Part shown: one piece after another, positions 1 through 14,182 of the stretch
Layout of the letters: each line of letters starts with the position of its first letter
Numbering within the stretch: the stretch's first letter is position 1
Source: Trichosphaerium sp. ATCC 40318
Lineage: Eukaryota; Protista; Tubulinea
Reading direction: 5' to 3'
Assembly (NCBI GenBank): GCA_038496445.1
Contig: JALMLS010000156.1
Coordinates: 62,001 to 126,000, forward strand
DNA: 64,000 nucleotides
The notes under the pieces: generated by a model
Databases searched by the model: none
What the model was told of the DNA's origin: nothing
What the model saw: only the letters and a program-made list of their open reading frames with translations
Position numbers and translations under genes: made by a program

Positions 1-470
1 TACCAACAAAATAAAATTGCTCTAGAAGCCATTTTATGCGTACTTCGTAGCGTGTCGATTGTTGCGAGCGATTTCATGTCTTTTTCGGCTCTACCTTGTT
101 GAATGTACAGAGAGATGTCTGTGATGTTTGGATAACAAGCGGTGACTACTATTAAACCAATTTTAGCTCGATTCCAAGCGTAAGAGAACAGTTTGAGACA
201 TATTTTGTTTATACTGTATCAAAAGCTATTTTTCACGTTTCATACGCACGTACATGATATATCCGGTGCATTTGGGTTTATGTTGATGTGTTTGGTGTTA
301 TTCGAGACGGATGATTTAAATCTCTTCGAAATTTGCCTCAACGACGGTTTGTAACAGTATTGCAGGCAAAGCGCTAGTAATTCGTCTGTAATTTTATCAA
401 ACACCGCGAAAGAGCCTCTTGACGATTCATCGCCACTTGGATCATCGGTTTTTTGGCGTTTCGAGTTCAT
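1..470 (-). CDS. F-box-like protein, 3' part runs off window start
   Basis: ATG at 470; FDKITDELLALCLQYCYKPSLRQISKRFKSSV fits the F-box pattern; GTACGT donor near 256. Confidence 0.5.
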
Positions 471-1246
471 TCTCCAGCAAATGTCAGAACGCACCCTTTT
501 TTGACAGTCAAAAAAGCAAGATTTTGACTTTTTTTAAAAATGGTCAGTTTTCTGTTTGAACTTCTCGCTAAAGTCTACCTCTTTTCACCCAAATCACAAA
601 CACTTAGTGTTGTACAGAATAATTGTTTAGGATTTATTAGCACTTGGTAGCATTACATGATGTTGTTCCCATTTTTCCGGTATCCAATGACACGGTATCT
701 TTTTATGAATGACCCAACTGGATAATATATCATACTGATCTTTTTCTTGCAGCGTATGTTGTTGGCCACTAAGGCTACAGTCCCAATTCAATCAACAAGA
801 TTCAGATTCAAACTGGTGTAGTTATATACCTCGTCACAGAGGCTAGATTCAAACGAAGCTTCGTTTGTTGCTATCAACTCCATTCTTACATACTTTTAAA
901 ATGTGTCGGATTGACGCATTCGAATTTCTTGAACGAGCCGGACATTCAGCTCCTGTCCAAATTCTTCTGTGCTTGATCTAAAATCTATTGCTACTGATTC
1001 TATTTGCGACTGAGTTTCACTGAATAGGATCTGCCACATTTAAATTCAGGGACTTCTGAAAAGTTGTGGAGGCTTCTTTTGAGTAGACTTTCTCTATCCT
1101 GCGAGTACTCATACCACACGTGATGATGTGAGCTACCTAGTGTTTCTCCTTACATCACGGTCATTCTTATACTTTAGATGGTAATTTTCAATAAAAAACA
1201 GACAAAAAGCATTGAAACAAAATATTTAGTGAACGAACACCGCTCC

Positions 1247-3111
1247 ATGGAGGACTTTAGTTTATCCGCAAATACTAAAGATGCTAAAAGGTAAGTACTC
1301 AGCAGCTTGTTTTGCTGTTTTTATAACCTTGAGAATAAATTCTTCTCTTGGACGCTCAAATACGCTTTAATATGAGTGATTAGTAACTAATCGAGGTGTA
1401 GGATGGTTTACCACATTAAATTAACAACAACCCTTCACGAAGCCCTTTTAGGATCTCCTACAGAAACACCTACGTTGTGTTTCACCACCAAGGATGAAGC
1501 TGTGCGTTTTCTTTTTGATTTACCAGCGTACCAACAATGCCTTGTTTAGCAATTTACTATGCAAAATGGACATAAATACATCATAGATATCAAGGAAGAG
1601 CAAAAACCACACCATATATTCCTTAATAATGAATCAGGCTTCGTTCGAGCTGGTAAGTTTTTAGCTATGTGTATACAAGCGCTTTCGAAACGTCGATTTA
1701 ATGTCAAAAGCTTATTGTTATTCGAAGGCATTGTGAAATCTAAGCTGTCAGTGCGACCACGTCTTACAGAGAGTATGTGCAAGCGCATTGGCCAAAAGAC
1801 GCGTGAAGCAGAGCGTGCTCGTGAAGGAAAGCATAGAACATCTGTAATAGACGACACAAGCAGTAGAAAACGCGGATCATCCTCAACACGAGTTTCTGGA
1901 CAAGGTATTAAACAAAAGCAAAGCATTTTACATTTTTTCTGACACTTTGTGGTTTTATGCTGACAACCCGCTTAGCTTCACGAAAAGCGCTAAAAGCGCG
2001 TGTTTCAAGGACACATATACCTCAATTCATGGGTGGAATGCGGGCATCGAAAACAGTAAAGCCTAAACCGCGAGTTGTTGAGAAAAAGAGAAACCCAATG
2101 TCAGTCAACTCGCTCTTGTCTCATACGAGCAGTAAAAAAGCTACTATAGCACCTAGCACCAAGAAGACTCGATTAAAAGGAATTCTCGCTCAAGCTAAGA
2201 CTGCTCGTAATAAAACAGCACCTATACGACGGTACGTAGTTTATCAGATGTACTTTTTGGCTAATGCGAAATTAGACCAAGATCAAAGTCAGAAACCAAA
2301 GTTAGTTCATCAACGTCCTCAGGACCACCAAAAGCTTCTAGAAAGAGTATCAGCAACCCACCCACTGCACCCAAGCCTTCTCGTCCAGTAAAAAGGAAAG
2401 CACCGGCTGCCGCTAAAGCGCTACCTCCTGCTAAAAAGTACGTTAAATGAAAGAACACACGCTAAGGAACGATGAATTAACGTTTGTAGAATGAAAGTTA
2501 AATCAGAAAATACAAAGTACTACGACAATGTTACATTGAAAGTAAGCGTCGTCCCATTCAAGAAAGTAGAATTTACAGACAGCGAAGCACCAGGTACATT
2601 TAACCATCGAGTGGTTTGATGGCTGTACTTTTATTGACTTTTTTTTTTTTAGAGCCTGTGAAGCCAATAAAGGATATGAAGGATTTTCACGCAAGAAAAG
2701 CAACTTACACGCAAAAATATTTATTGGCTAAAAAGATACATTCAAGCCTACGTAATAATAGCTACCAGTTTTCAAGTACATGGGAGACATACTATGAAAA
2801 AGAAAATGATGTAGCAGTAAGAGCTGCAATTGGTGGGTTGTTGAGGGATATGTATGATGGCCGTATTGTTGTACGTATCACCTTGCCCTTAAAAAACATG
2901 CTTTACATCTTGGCGTGTAGCGTGCAAAATTCTTTGTTTTCGAAAGTTCTACCCCTTAGCAAGCTGCAAACATGTTATCTTATGCTTTCCCTAGAATGTA
3001 AGACGTCTTACTAAAAAGTATGATATACTTCTTATAGAGCTTAATAATCTTAAAAGTAATATGAATAAGTTTATAGAAGACTCGTTTTCAGGAAAAGCTG
3101 TTCCAGTGTAA
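1247..3111 (+). CDS. RNA polymerase II elongation factor ELL-like protein (spliced)
   Basis: Joined exons give N-terminal ELL-like segments (VYHIKLTTTLHEAL; GIVKSKLSVRPRLTES...REAERAR...RTSVID), a basic low-complexity linker, and an Occludin/ELL-like C-terminus (PIKDMKDFHARKATYTQKY...RRLTKKYDILLIELNNLKSNMNKF); TAA at 3109-3111. Confidence 0.65.
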
Positions 3112-3725
3112 AATAAAAAAAAATGTACAAAAAAAAACTTGCTTTTGTTTTCACTACTCAACATCTTTGGAAATCAAGCTTGCCTTAATATAGATACCTG
3201 CCATATATATAGTAATTTATTACGTGCTCTCAATTAAGCTTTGCTTAAAACCATTTTGGATTTAAGCAATGTTCAAGTTCTATATTGGAATTCCAGCTTA
3301 CTTATTGTTTTTGACAAGTCCAATTGCAATGGAAACTCAAAGAGTAGTTTTCCAATAATAATACCTGCTGTGGCAGGACCTATTCTACTAGTTACTGTCG
3401 TTATCATACTTGCGCTTGTCTACCGACCGCTATGGTTGTTCCCATTCAAAAAACAACCCAAGAACGTTTTTACAGTTGGAACTATTGTTGCTGCACCTTT
3501 AGACTATGGAACTTACTAATGCTTAACAATCACGTGAAACGATTCTAAGACAAGCATTGCAATAAAATTGTATTTACCAGAAGCCCTTCTAAGCCCTATA
3601 AAATATAATAGAGAACTGACATGCAACATTTTACTTGTACAACCTTTACCAATCATTTCTTGGGAGTATACAGGACATTTACAACAATTTTGCGTACCCG
3701 GCTTTTATCACGTGGTTTGTACAAG

Positions 3726-5035
3726 TCAAATTTTTACGATTATAAAAGATCCATTGTCAGTTGTCTCTAATCCTGCTAATGTATCTAATTCTTCTTTTAT
3801 CATTTCTGCAGATTCTGTAATATCTTCACCATCTCTTAATATACCAGTAATATCAACTTTGTCCGAATAATCCCACAGTCCATCAGAGGCAATCAATAAA
3901 AAAATGTCATTATCTGAACACCAATGACTCCTAAATTCTATACCACTCAAAATATTAGTATCAAGGTATAGTAATTATAAACATGAGTCACAATATTAGT
4001 ACCAGGTTCAGGGACAACACCATATTGTGCTAGTATTTTGTGGCCTTCAATAGTAATTAGCGAAAAAAATCCCATATTTCTTTTTTACCTATTGCACGTG
4101 TTGTTTGAACTTGCATGCCTTTATGCTTCTTTGGTGATGGTGCAAGGCTATCATTTATAAGCTTTGTACAAAAAGTGGTAAGAAACTTACTATCCATCAC
4201 GTGTGAAAGTTGCTGAAAACTCTTTTGTAATTCTTGAAACTTCTCTTGGATTTTTAGCGTTATGATCCGCCGTTATTTTTTCAAGTACTAATTGATCATC
4301 ATCACCACGTTGAACAACAGAAATAGTGGAATCTCCAACATAACCAATAGTAGCGGTTCTATTTGATTTATCCATTATAACACAGGTACACGTGCATCCA
4401 AACTCAGCTGGCCTAAATATTTATGAACATTTTAGAAACAACAGTCAACAAACCTTATGAATGATTTTCGTTTGTATACATGCACATCCATCACTTTTAA
4501 ATATTCTAATGATAACGTTTCCATTTTACCAGATACTGGATACTTTGTTCGTGTTGGTAACTTGTCGTACTCAGCAAGCACGTTAGAATGAGAAACCTAT
4601 CAAAAAGTCAGTTGGAAAGTTTTTAGTAAAGTTGCAAAAGCTGCTGTTTTACACGTGATCTGGAAACGTGTACCTTAAAAGCATGTGTCATCCACTTCTT
4701 ATCAAAGCGTTGCTTTGTTTGTAACGCCTTATTAAAAAGAGATTTAATCGTGTCACAAGTGATTTGAGATGCTTTTTTTGACAAAACGTCAGCTTGCACG
4801 TTTTTTATAACTTTTACATAAAATGCAGTTTAGAGTTGGTTTTACAAACGTACCACGTTCTCCTAATATACCATGACCGTCTGCTACGATATACAACGAT
4901 TTTGGAGAATTTTCGGGTGCTACTATCGCTATACAGTCTTGTTGTATGTCACCATACCTATTACGCTATTATAACGCCGTATGAAGTTTATTGATGCAAA
5001 TACCTGCTCCCTAAGCACAAGCCGCTGGCGAACAT
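3726..5035 (-). CDS. Protein phosphatase 2C (PPM family)
   Basis: Motifs IVADGHG, GCTCT, YVGDS, TADH, TRAIG, LIASDGLWD and DNGSFIIV across GT-AG introns. Confidence 0.92.
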
Positions 5036-5173
5036 GCTAGTGTTATATTAGACAAACGAAGTGATTGCCGTCAGTGCTTTTATAACGATACTAAACAAAC
5101 TACAACGCTAGTAAGAATTTGGTACTCAAAACCAAGAAAGTGACCATCCCACACGCACTTAACTGACCAAGCA
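5036..5173. promoter_or_regulatory. Compact bidirectional promoter region (PP2C / ankyrin protein)
   Basis: 138 bp between divergent inferred start codons. Confidence 0.5.
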
Positions 5174-6569
5174 ATGTCAAGAATGGCGGAGTACGTAACG
5201 GATTCATCAGAGGAAAGTCCAGACCTAAACGATGAAGGGACATCTTCTGAAGACGAGTCAACAGATGAAGAGTACTTCTACCAAAAATAACATTGAAAAA
5301 AACTCCCGTTTATCTGTATGTTGTTGGACACGTTTTAACGCGCTGTTAACAGATTTGAGTACGACGTGCCAGCAAGGATACAAAACTACGTTGAAAAGGA
5401 TATTCTTATAGATGAATCGAGTCCTCTACATATGGCAGCACAAAAAGGCACGTGAGAAAAATAGTTATTTATTTGTTTTGAAAATAAAAATCAAGAAAAA
5501 CAGTAAATTTACCTTGAAGCAGATCTTTTTTGTACGGTACTATGTTATCACGTGGGTATTTTTACTTTTATCGGTTTGAATTAATTTTTTATACTCTAGG
5601 GCCTAGGAAGTATTTGGAGGTAATGCTGGATAACGGTTGCTCGCCCAACTCAATAAATCAATGTGCGAATCGTTTTTATTAGTTTTTTTTTACAGCATCA
5701 CTAAATGTCGTTTAGACGGTAATTCTCTTCTACTTTTATCTTGTATGAGCGGTCAAATACGCGGTGTACGTATGCTTATAGAGCGTGGTGCAGATGTCAA
5801 TCACGTCAACAGGTAATAGATAAATACATGTAGAAACTGTTTTAACTGCTCTTTAGATACGGTAATACAGTACTTCACATGGCTGCGATGAATGGTTACA
5901 CACCTTATTATTGTTTAACTCGCCTTCTAAATACGTACTATAGGACACGTCAAGGTTATAGACTTGATGGTTAGTCAGCACAACATAAACATTAACAAGT
6001 AAGAAAAGTCTCCAAAAAAGAGATTTTAACTCTCACTCTCCAGGACGAATTTCTCTGGTAGTACACCACTACACTTTGCTTGTATGTATATTCTACTTTA
6101 TGTTTGATTGCTTAAGAATGACGTTAGGCGTTATGGGTCGGTACAATGCGATAAAAAGGTTAGTTGAATTGGGAGCAGATGTCAAAGTGAAGAATGTTAC
6201 TGGAAGCACTCCTCTTCACGCGGCTTCATTAAACGGTTATGGTCAGATGATGGAACAACTTGTTAATAAAGGTACGAAGATACTTAGTGGTACTGTTCCG
6301 TATAAGTGGGTCAGGACGCTAGCGAGAGATTGGCGCGTCAACAGCGTTTTTTGTTGTTTCAGTGGTACAACTTACTGTACAACGCTCTCGAAACACTGCA
6401 ATTTGTTGATACTCGCTTGCTGGCATCCTTTTGCTCATTTTCTCACGCATTTTCTTCAGGTGGCGATATAAACGCAAAGAACTTGTACAGAAAATCTGCA
6501 ATTGACTACGCAGACCTCGCGAGCAAGGGATTGTCGCCAATATTCAATAGCATCTCAACAATCAGGTAA
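5174..6569 (+). CDS. Ankyrin-repeat protein with acidic N-terminus
   Basis: SPLHMAAQKG, GNTVLHMAAMNG, GSTPLHFAC, GSTPLHAASLNG, GADVN; GC donor at about 5448. Confidence 0.88.
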
Positions 6570-7078
6570 TATTGCTCTTCATGCGTTTTGTTTTAATGCG
6601 TACTAGTGATGACGACTATTGAGTGTTACGTGGCTTTGGGAGATTTCTTTTTCACGAAATTGCACCTGACTGGCGTTTTCTGTTATAAATTGTACTGTAC
6701 GCGCTACGGCGTATGTTGCTTCGAGTGTTCGCCAATAAAAGTTTACTTATGGCTTAACGTTCAAACTTCTAAAAGTAGCGTCTTGATCACACCTACACCT
6801 CTGTACAGAGTACGTTATTATTTCAACTCGATCATTGTTTAAAACTTTGGGTTTATTTTGAATCACCAAAAACCTCCAACCACGATAAAAAGCGATCATT
6901 AAACCCGCTTTAACTTGATTCTGTTACCTTCCCTAAAAGAGCTCCTTTTCCGCAGCTTTACTTCCCAAAACTCGCTAGCTGTACTATACATTATACAGTG
7001 TATTTGTTTGGCTGCAAAAACGCCATGGGAATTTTAAATAAGAAAATTACACTCATCAATGCTCACAATTACCTAGCA

Positions 7079-8735
7079 ATGAGCGACCCTACGCAAAAGA
7101 AAATCCAAGCACAGTTGCAAAAGCTGTTGGCTCTTCCAGACAACAAACTTTGCGCAGATTGCCCTTTAAAGAGTACGATAATGCTTAGTAGTTCGCTATC
7201 ACCACATAGTCTTTTTTTTTTGTAAAAGGACTGCAATTCACGCAGAAAATTAGATCCAAGATGGGCATCTGTAAAGTTGGGCATATTCTTATGTATTCCA
7301 TGTGCTGGCGTGCACCGTAGTTTGGGTACTCATATTTCATACGTGAAAAGTTGTTCTCTTGATAACTGGAAACCTGAGTGGGTACCGGTACGTACAAGTG
7401 ACTGAAAGGAACTTCAATCTACGCTCTAAACCACATTTACGCGTTATTTGAAAAGCCGTCAGACCTAAAAAAAAAGCAACTCTACGCGCAACGTTACCGC
7501 TCTAACGCTTTAAACAAAGGTAATGCGTGATATGGGAAATAAAAAAGCAAAATCAATTTACGAAGCAAGAGCTCCACGGAACTACGTGCCACCTACAGAA
7601 AATAGCAGAGAACTATCTGATTGGATAAAAAGAAAATATGTAACAAAAGAATTTATGGGAGAACCTTTGGCAGAACCTGTCACTATAAAATCAAAAAAAT
7701 CAGTACGTTAGATCACTGCAAGCACTGCCAAACAAAATTTCAACTTTGATTGCTGTCAATCTACAAAAACAAAACCAGTTCATTACTTTCAAATAATTTA
7801 GTCATAAAAGCAATCTAAAACTATATTAGAAGCCAAAGTTTGCTCGTAACACAAAGCGTACAACGCGTACAAAAAAGCGAGTAGCGAAACCAAAACAAAC
7901 TGTAAAACCACCTGCACCTGCTCCTACACCAGCACCTGTACAGCCACAACCAAACTTATTGGACTTTGAGTTCAATCATGGCCCAACACAACCTGTTAGC
8001 AACCCAGCAGGAGTGTTCGCGCCTCCTCAAGGGCAACCAAATATCAACATACCTACGTTTAACCCACATACACCATCTCCTGTTCAAAACCCGCCAGCAG
8101 CGGTTCACCAAACACCTAATGGTCAACAACCTAATGGCGTAGTATTTAGCCCCTTTGTTACACCTACAACACATCAGAACAGTACACTTTATTTTAATCC
8201 AATGTTTTTTTCTTATGCATTGCCTATTAGATCCATCGAACCCTCAATTTGGTAGTTATCAAGTTAGTGGACAAGTATCTACTATTGGTACGCCAGATGG
8301 TATGCATTGTTTTAAGTTTTATTTCCGAAAGGTTGTTTGTTAACTCTTCTTTAGAGAAGTCTTTTTTCGATCAAGTGGTTGGGTCAGAGCAACAACGTGT
8401 TGTACAACAACAGCCACAAAGACGTGTAAGCGAACCTAGAGCCACAAAAGCCGAGATAATGTCTTTATTCCAGCCACCACCTCCAGTAAGTAGTTTTTGT
8501 GCTTGTCTGAGATCTAACTCGTTTTTATTAGACACCTATGTACTATAATGGTGTTCCTGCTGTTCACTACGGTTACCAGGGTCATCAAGTACAAGGTAAG
8601 GCTTAAATCATGTATTTGTTTGTAAAACTCAATCATGCCGTTTTGGCGCTAATCTGCCATCCCTGTGTCATTATTAATGTTGTATTAGGTGCTCCTAATG
8701 GCATGGTTATGAATATGAACGGATACCGAACGTAA
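7079..8735 (+). CDS. ArfGAP domain protein (SMAP/AGD5-like) with Pro/Gln-rich tail
   Basis: NKLCADC...PRWASVKLGIFLCIPCAGVHRSLGTHISYVKSCSLDNW, MGNKKAKSIYE, WIKRKYV; LLDF and AEIMSLF motifs. Confidence 0.92.
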
Positions 8736-10028
8736 TGTAATAGAAGATAATTCTTGGCATCTCAGATGTCAATTTTTTTGTTGTGGATCAAAAAAAAAAG
8801 AGCTAAAAAGCAAACAGTTGTAAAGTAGATTTGGAGTCGTAGATAGCAATATATATCATTTTTTATATAAACAGCAATTGTGTAATATAAAACTACAGTG
8901 GTTATGGCTAAAGAGTCAGATTAAGGCTAGCTTTACAACCAATTCTTTGACATAAAAGAACGTGAATTTACATTTTCAGGCTTGAAGGATAAGTGTCTTC
9001 TTCCATGATAGATCCCAAAAGGAGTAGTACAAGTTGCATGCAAGTATTCAAGTGATTGAAAGTCACCTGGTACTGGGTTAGTGAGGCAACGGTAAGAAAA
9101 ATAGAAGCATACGTAATGTTAAAACAATTCGCCAGTCATAGTGATTTGAAATGATTCTGTCAAGTATCTTAGTACTTCTAACTCGCAAAGGATTTTTTTC
9201 CTTCCGTCAAGCTGTAGTGTATTGCTACAAAGTGGAGGTAAGCATTGTATAAATGACTTTTGAGATGTTTTTTTTTTTTGAATCGAATTTTCTCAGCTTG
9301 CACGTGCTACAAATCGTAATACAGAGAAATTTCGCTTCATATTAGACACGCTTGGTATAGTTTATGCGAAATTTACTAGAAACTATACCAGGCATCGCTA
9401 AAGAAGATTGGAAACAATACTTTTTTAATGTCCGAAAAAAGTTGCTTCTGCATGGAATCGAACTGACGTGCAGATATTTTTTTTTCTGTATTTTGCCATT
9501 TTGCCATTGTGAGGCTCTGTTGAGGAAAAAAGTGGTTTCGCAGAAAGTCGTCAAAAAATGAGTGTTTTCGTACCTAGCTAGTGACTTGCAATTGGCTGTT
9601 CTATGGACCGATAGCTTTCTTAGATAAGTGCTTTACGACTTCGTTGCAGTTAATAACACGTTTTAGAAGAGACAAGGATGTCATGCTAGGGACAGCGTCA
9701 AATGACACTAAGTGCTAGTCACCTGTAGATATCACGCAAGTATGCAACTTCGAACACCTAGACGAAGAATTTTGTCACGTGATTTGATTGACAGCCTTTC
9801 GACTGTACCTTTGTGAAAAAACCGTTCCAATGTCTTTACATAAAGTCGCTCGTCCCGAACTTTGAGCATTTTTCTGCCTTCTCCAGTGTACGCATAAGGA
9901 GCACTTCCGACAATGATACTATCAACACAACAAAGTTCTGATACAACTCAAAGTTAAGGCATTGTTCAGTGAAGTAATCTGAGACTTGTGTATTCTTATT
10001 AAAGTTGTTTCGTTACTTTCAGACAAAC

Positions 10029-11728
10029 ATGAGCAAGACTGTTGACAAAGAGAAACAAGCTGCTGAACAGCTTAGAGAAGCACTGCGTGGACTTACTCCC
10101 GCCCTTGATGAGTTGTTTAGGGATGATATAACAGATAACGATTTAGAGGACGCCATGATTACTATCAACAAATTATTAGGAGAATGGTAACGTTTTGTAT
10201 CTATTTTATATTTTTATCCCCAATTAACAGTAAAAAAGGGAATGGAAGCATTCATGTACGATTTCTAGGTGATAGACAACATAGTTAACAACCTGTAGCT
10301 GAGACTCGGCGTTTTTGCTTAAAAAGGAATATTGTCCCTTTCTACAAGCGGTTACTCGATAATGAAGATTACACAATGTTTGCATTATCATGTATTTGGC
10401 ATTTTGTATCAGACGGTACGATTTCTTGACACAAAACCTTCTTGCTTTTAGTTGAAAGCTTATTATTTGTTACAGAGGAGTTTGTGAGGCCTTTCTATCT
10501 AGCAGGTTGTGTTCCTACTTTTGCAAAGTTGATGTCTTCTAAAGAACACTATAAATTCTCACGAGCTGCAGGAATTATGTCAAATTTTTTAGAATATGGC
10601 ACGTGATAGCTAAACAGCCATTATTTTACTAAAAACTCATCTTTGAGTACTGGTTTGCTCACGTTTTGTATTTGTATCTGTTTAACGCTGATTTTTAGAC
10701 GAAATACGCAGTGAAGCTCCAAGCAATGGTGTCTTAGATGCATGTTTAAAGAACTATACACTTGCCAGTTTTTTTAATTGCATTCCACTTCTTATCTTTA
10801 ATGGTGCGTTTCTGGTTGTGTTTTTAGTCCTCTGCTTCTTTATTTAATGTAAACATACGCAGCTGAATGTCGTAAACGTATTGCTACTTGGAAACATCTT
10901 AAAGATATACTTGTCATTGACAAAGCAGAAATGCGCTATAATGATGATACCGTTCAAATGCTGTGTACTATTCTAAATGATAGTGCGTTTTATAAGTACT
11001 CTTCTTCACATCTTTTAGACTCAACCTTGTATTCAGAATCACTAGTGAAGATAGTAGAAGATGTTGATTTGTCAAAAGAAATAGAAGAACACTGGAAATA
11101 CTTGGAAGAACACAAAGGACCGAAAGCGAAAGCGTAACAAAAACTAAACCACGTATTTTTTTTCTCAATTTTTTCTTAGCCAAGCTGAACTTACAAATGG
11201 AGTTCTGTATCATGTTATACAACCGTTTTATGAGTTTTCTAAATCTCATGTACCTCTTGTACATCGATACGGCGCACTGTGTATGGCTGCATGCTCTTAT
11301 AGACGTACGGTTTAATTTCTTCTTTTTTTATGTTGCAGTGAATTCTCTTGAGTCTTTCAAGATCACCGTTCCATGTGCTGTAAAACCTACATGATAGCAC
11401 CGTTTTTGTATATTATCTTCAGTGTGAATCATATTTAAAGTGATTTTTTTGCGTTTTCTAGAAAGTTTGGTGCTCTGCAAAGCGATCATAACAAAACAAG
11501 TAGCTGATTCTTACTTTTTTATTTTTAGAAGTGTACAGAGATCGTATTGTTGCCCATGAATGGAATGATTACTTGCTATGTTTTCAGTGGTCATCTGATG
11601 ATACCATTAAATCATACGGAAAGGAAATTGTAGACAACTTTAAACCGTATAATCCTCCTTCATTGTTCACTCTAACAAAATGGTTCATGAGGAAAAATAA
11701 CATTCCTGTACCAGCAAATTTTGCTTAA
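10029..11728 (+). CDS. Armadillo/HEAT-like helical repeat protein with C-terminal BC-box-like motif
   Basis: Repeats such as GIVPFYKRLL..FALSCIWHFV and GCVPTFAKLM..AAGIMSNF; terminal PPSLFTLTKWFMR. An upstream exon may start at 9913. Confidence 0.55.
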
Positions 11729-11963
11729 ATATATTAGAGAAGCGTTACTGGATAACAACCATTAACACGATTTAATTTGAAAGTCTGTAATCACATAAAG
11801 TAAGCGAACATCAAAAGAACCTTTTTTTTTTGGTGGAACGAGTACTTTGTAGCTTACCACCTTTTACTTTGATTTCTTTCACAGTGGCATCTTTACTACG
11901 TAGAATTTGATTTCATGCACGTGCAGAAGTGTTTGGGAAAAGTATCAAGCCTTTTCAAAGTCA

Positions 11964-13953
11964 TCAGATGATAACAGTTGAAGACGTTGTCTTTTTTTTT
12001 ATTTCTTCAAACAACATAAAAATATCTGCTTCAAATTGTGGCGAAGATACGTTTGTGACTCCACCGTGCACCTTAGACGTATGTATCACTGATCCCGTTA
12101 TAGGGTCGTACATCGTAAGATTATAAGACTTGTGTGGAAGGTTGAGTTTCATCGTAATTTGTTGGGTATTGTTTGCCTACATAAAAACTTAAAGACAAAG
12201 TTCTGTTCCCGAGAAGGTTTTCCTTACATAAATAGCGAACTGTTCGTTGTTTTTATGGGCCAGTATACCCACCCATGCTATCGTCGGTTTGTAATCTGAG
12301 TACGCAGTAAGCAAATATCACAAGTCGAAGAAGCTTGTACCGACTACAATGGATAAGTTGAACATCGGATAAATATTCACCAAATCTAGTTTCATAAACA
12401 AGTTCTTTGCAATATTCAATTGTTTCCTTAATTCTGGTCCACCTCTAATAGTAACCAAAAAATTAGTTCAACCACACATGATTAAAATCAGCAAGTCGAG
12501 AAAAAAAAACCCATACCCGCTTGGACCTACAACTGGACAACAAGCTGTTCCATCTGGATGTTCTGCAGTAAAAGAGTAATCTAAATTATCGAAAGTTGCT
12601 CCTCCGGATATAAACCATCTATACGCTTGTGTTCTATAAGCGACATTTTCGGAACCAGAGAATCCTATCAAAAGACATAAAATACATGAAGGCTGTGTAA
12701 AAAAACTAATTAGTGTTACCTGTTTCTCCATTGCTTAAAGCTATGTTTAGGTCGTAATTAGCTTTGTTATCTGATGGTTTACCATAATGAGTACTCGCTA
12801 TAGATGTTGCTTTGTTGTATGGTCCATAAACCTAAGACGTAGGAGTGTTCAGACTATGAAAAGAATGCGTACCTCAGAAATTAAGTGTTTTTTTGGAAGC
12901 GACTTTTCAGTGTCAACAATGGTTTGAATCATATAGTCACGCCAAGCAACAGTGTCGTGTTGGTTAGGTTCATTTATAACTACATAAATAATTAAACTAT
13001 AAACTCGTTGGAGAACAGTAAAAGTCTAAGTTGCTTTTTGCTTGTGTGCCTTCATAAAATATATTGTTGAACTCATTTAGTTCAGTCACAAGCTTTTGTA
13101 CTAATTTTGTTTGATAAGCTAGCATATTCTTATGCGTTAAAGTATGTACTGATGTCTAGTAGGTCAATTAGTATGACAAGAAATCCTCAGGAAGGATTCA
13201 ACAGACGTACATAGTTCATGTTTTCAACATCATTATCATTATTGTTAGCATTCACTGGAGAAATACCCCACAGGGCGTCTGTGTAGAATCTACAGAATAT
13301 CCCGAAGTTTACAATAATATCATAAGATGCAGCAACAGCAACAAAATCCTTCAAACGGGCAAAATATTCAGGTTCGAATTCATCAAGATCAAACTTGTTA
13401 CCACCTAAAAATAAAGGTGACGTTTACGATCACGTGCAAAATATTTTCGTAAAAACTTGCGAACCGTCAAAATAACAACACTCAATGGACCTCACCCATG
13501 GTACCGCATATCTTAACGGTTGTGGTGCAAGGGTATTGTTCAAAATGCCAAATGTCTGAAGCAGTGTTACACAAAAAAGCGTGAGGATTGAAAAGTTTTT
13601 TTCCTTTCTTACCATATTGAGCTCTCTATAATAACCTGACCATACTCTTGTCATTTGCATACCAGCTTCGGCTATAACTCGTAAATAAGTGTCATAGTCA
13701 AAATCCAGGTTGATTACTCCTCCGTAGTGCTCTGTGGACCTATGTAAAGCGTCAGCAAGCGAGTTTGTACGTAGACTTGTTTATACCCAACTAAAATCGT
13801 CGGTTTACCTACAAACTAGCTTTAGTACTTGTAGTCTACGATAAACGCACCCTGCCAGAGAAAATAATGAGGATTTTGAGGATGTAGGGAAATAGGCTGA
13901 GGAATAGCAAGCGCGATGGAGATTGACACGGCTAGAAAAAACAGAATACGCAT
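11964..13953 (-). CDS. Secreted GH-A clan (GH5-like / DUF4038-like) glycoside hydrolase of bacterial type
   Basis: Signal peptide MRILFFLAVSISIALA; LHPQNPHYFLWQGKPTIL, GNKFDLDEFEPEYFARLKDFV, catalytic-like NEP, W-FISGGATFDNLDYSF. Confidence 0.7.
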
Positions 13954-14182
13954 TGTGTTTTTGTCGGTTACCAAAACGTGTGGAATCACAAAAGAATAAG
14001 TTGGAACCTCATCAACATTATTTTCAGATTTTGTCGTTAACCACATAGTACACTAAGATCGCGGCCATTGCAGGCCATACATGTAGAGAATACTATCTAC
14101 AACAAAACAATGGATGAATTTATGGTTATCAGGTTTTGTGATAGCCACTTGTTTTTATAATTTAAAATACACTTTTTTTGTT

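Noticed and set aside
1247-2450. Truncated ELL lacking its C-terminal domain
   Set aside because: A GTACGT donor at about 2438 continues the gene into exons encoding the Occludin/ELL domain, ending at 3111.
3241-3870. Short plus-strand ORFs (3241-3519, 3568-3870) and similar antisense ORFs elsewhere in the track
   Set aside because: Shadow frames of real exons or chance ORFs with non-ATG starts and no recognisable motifs.
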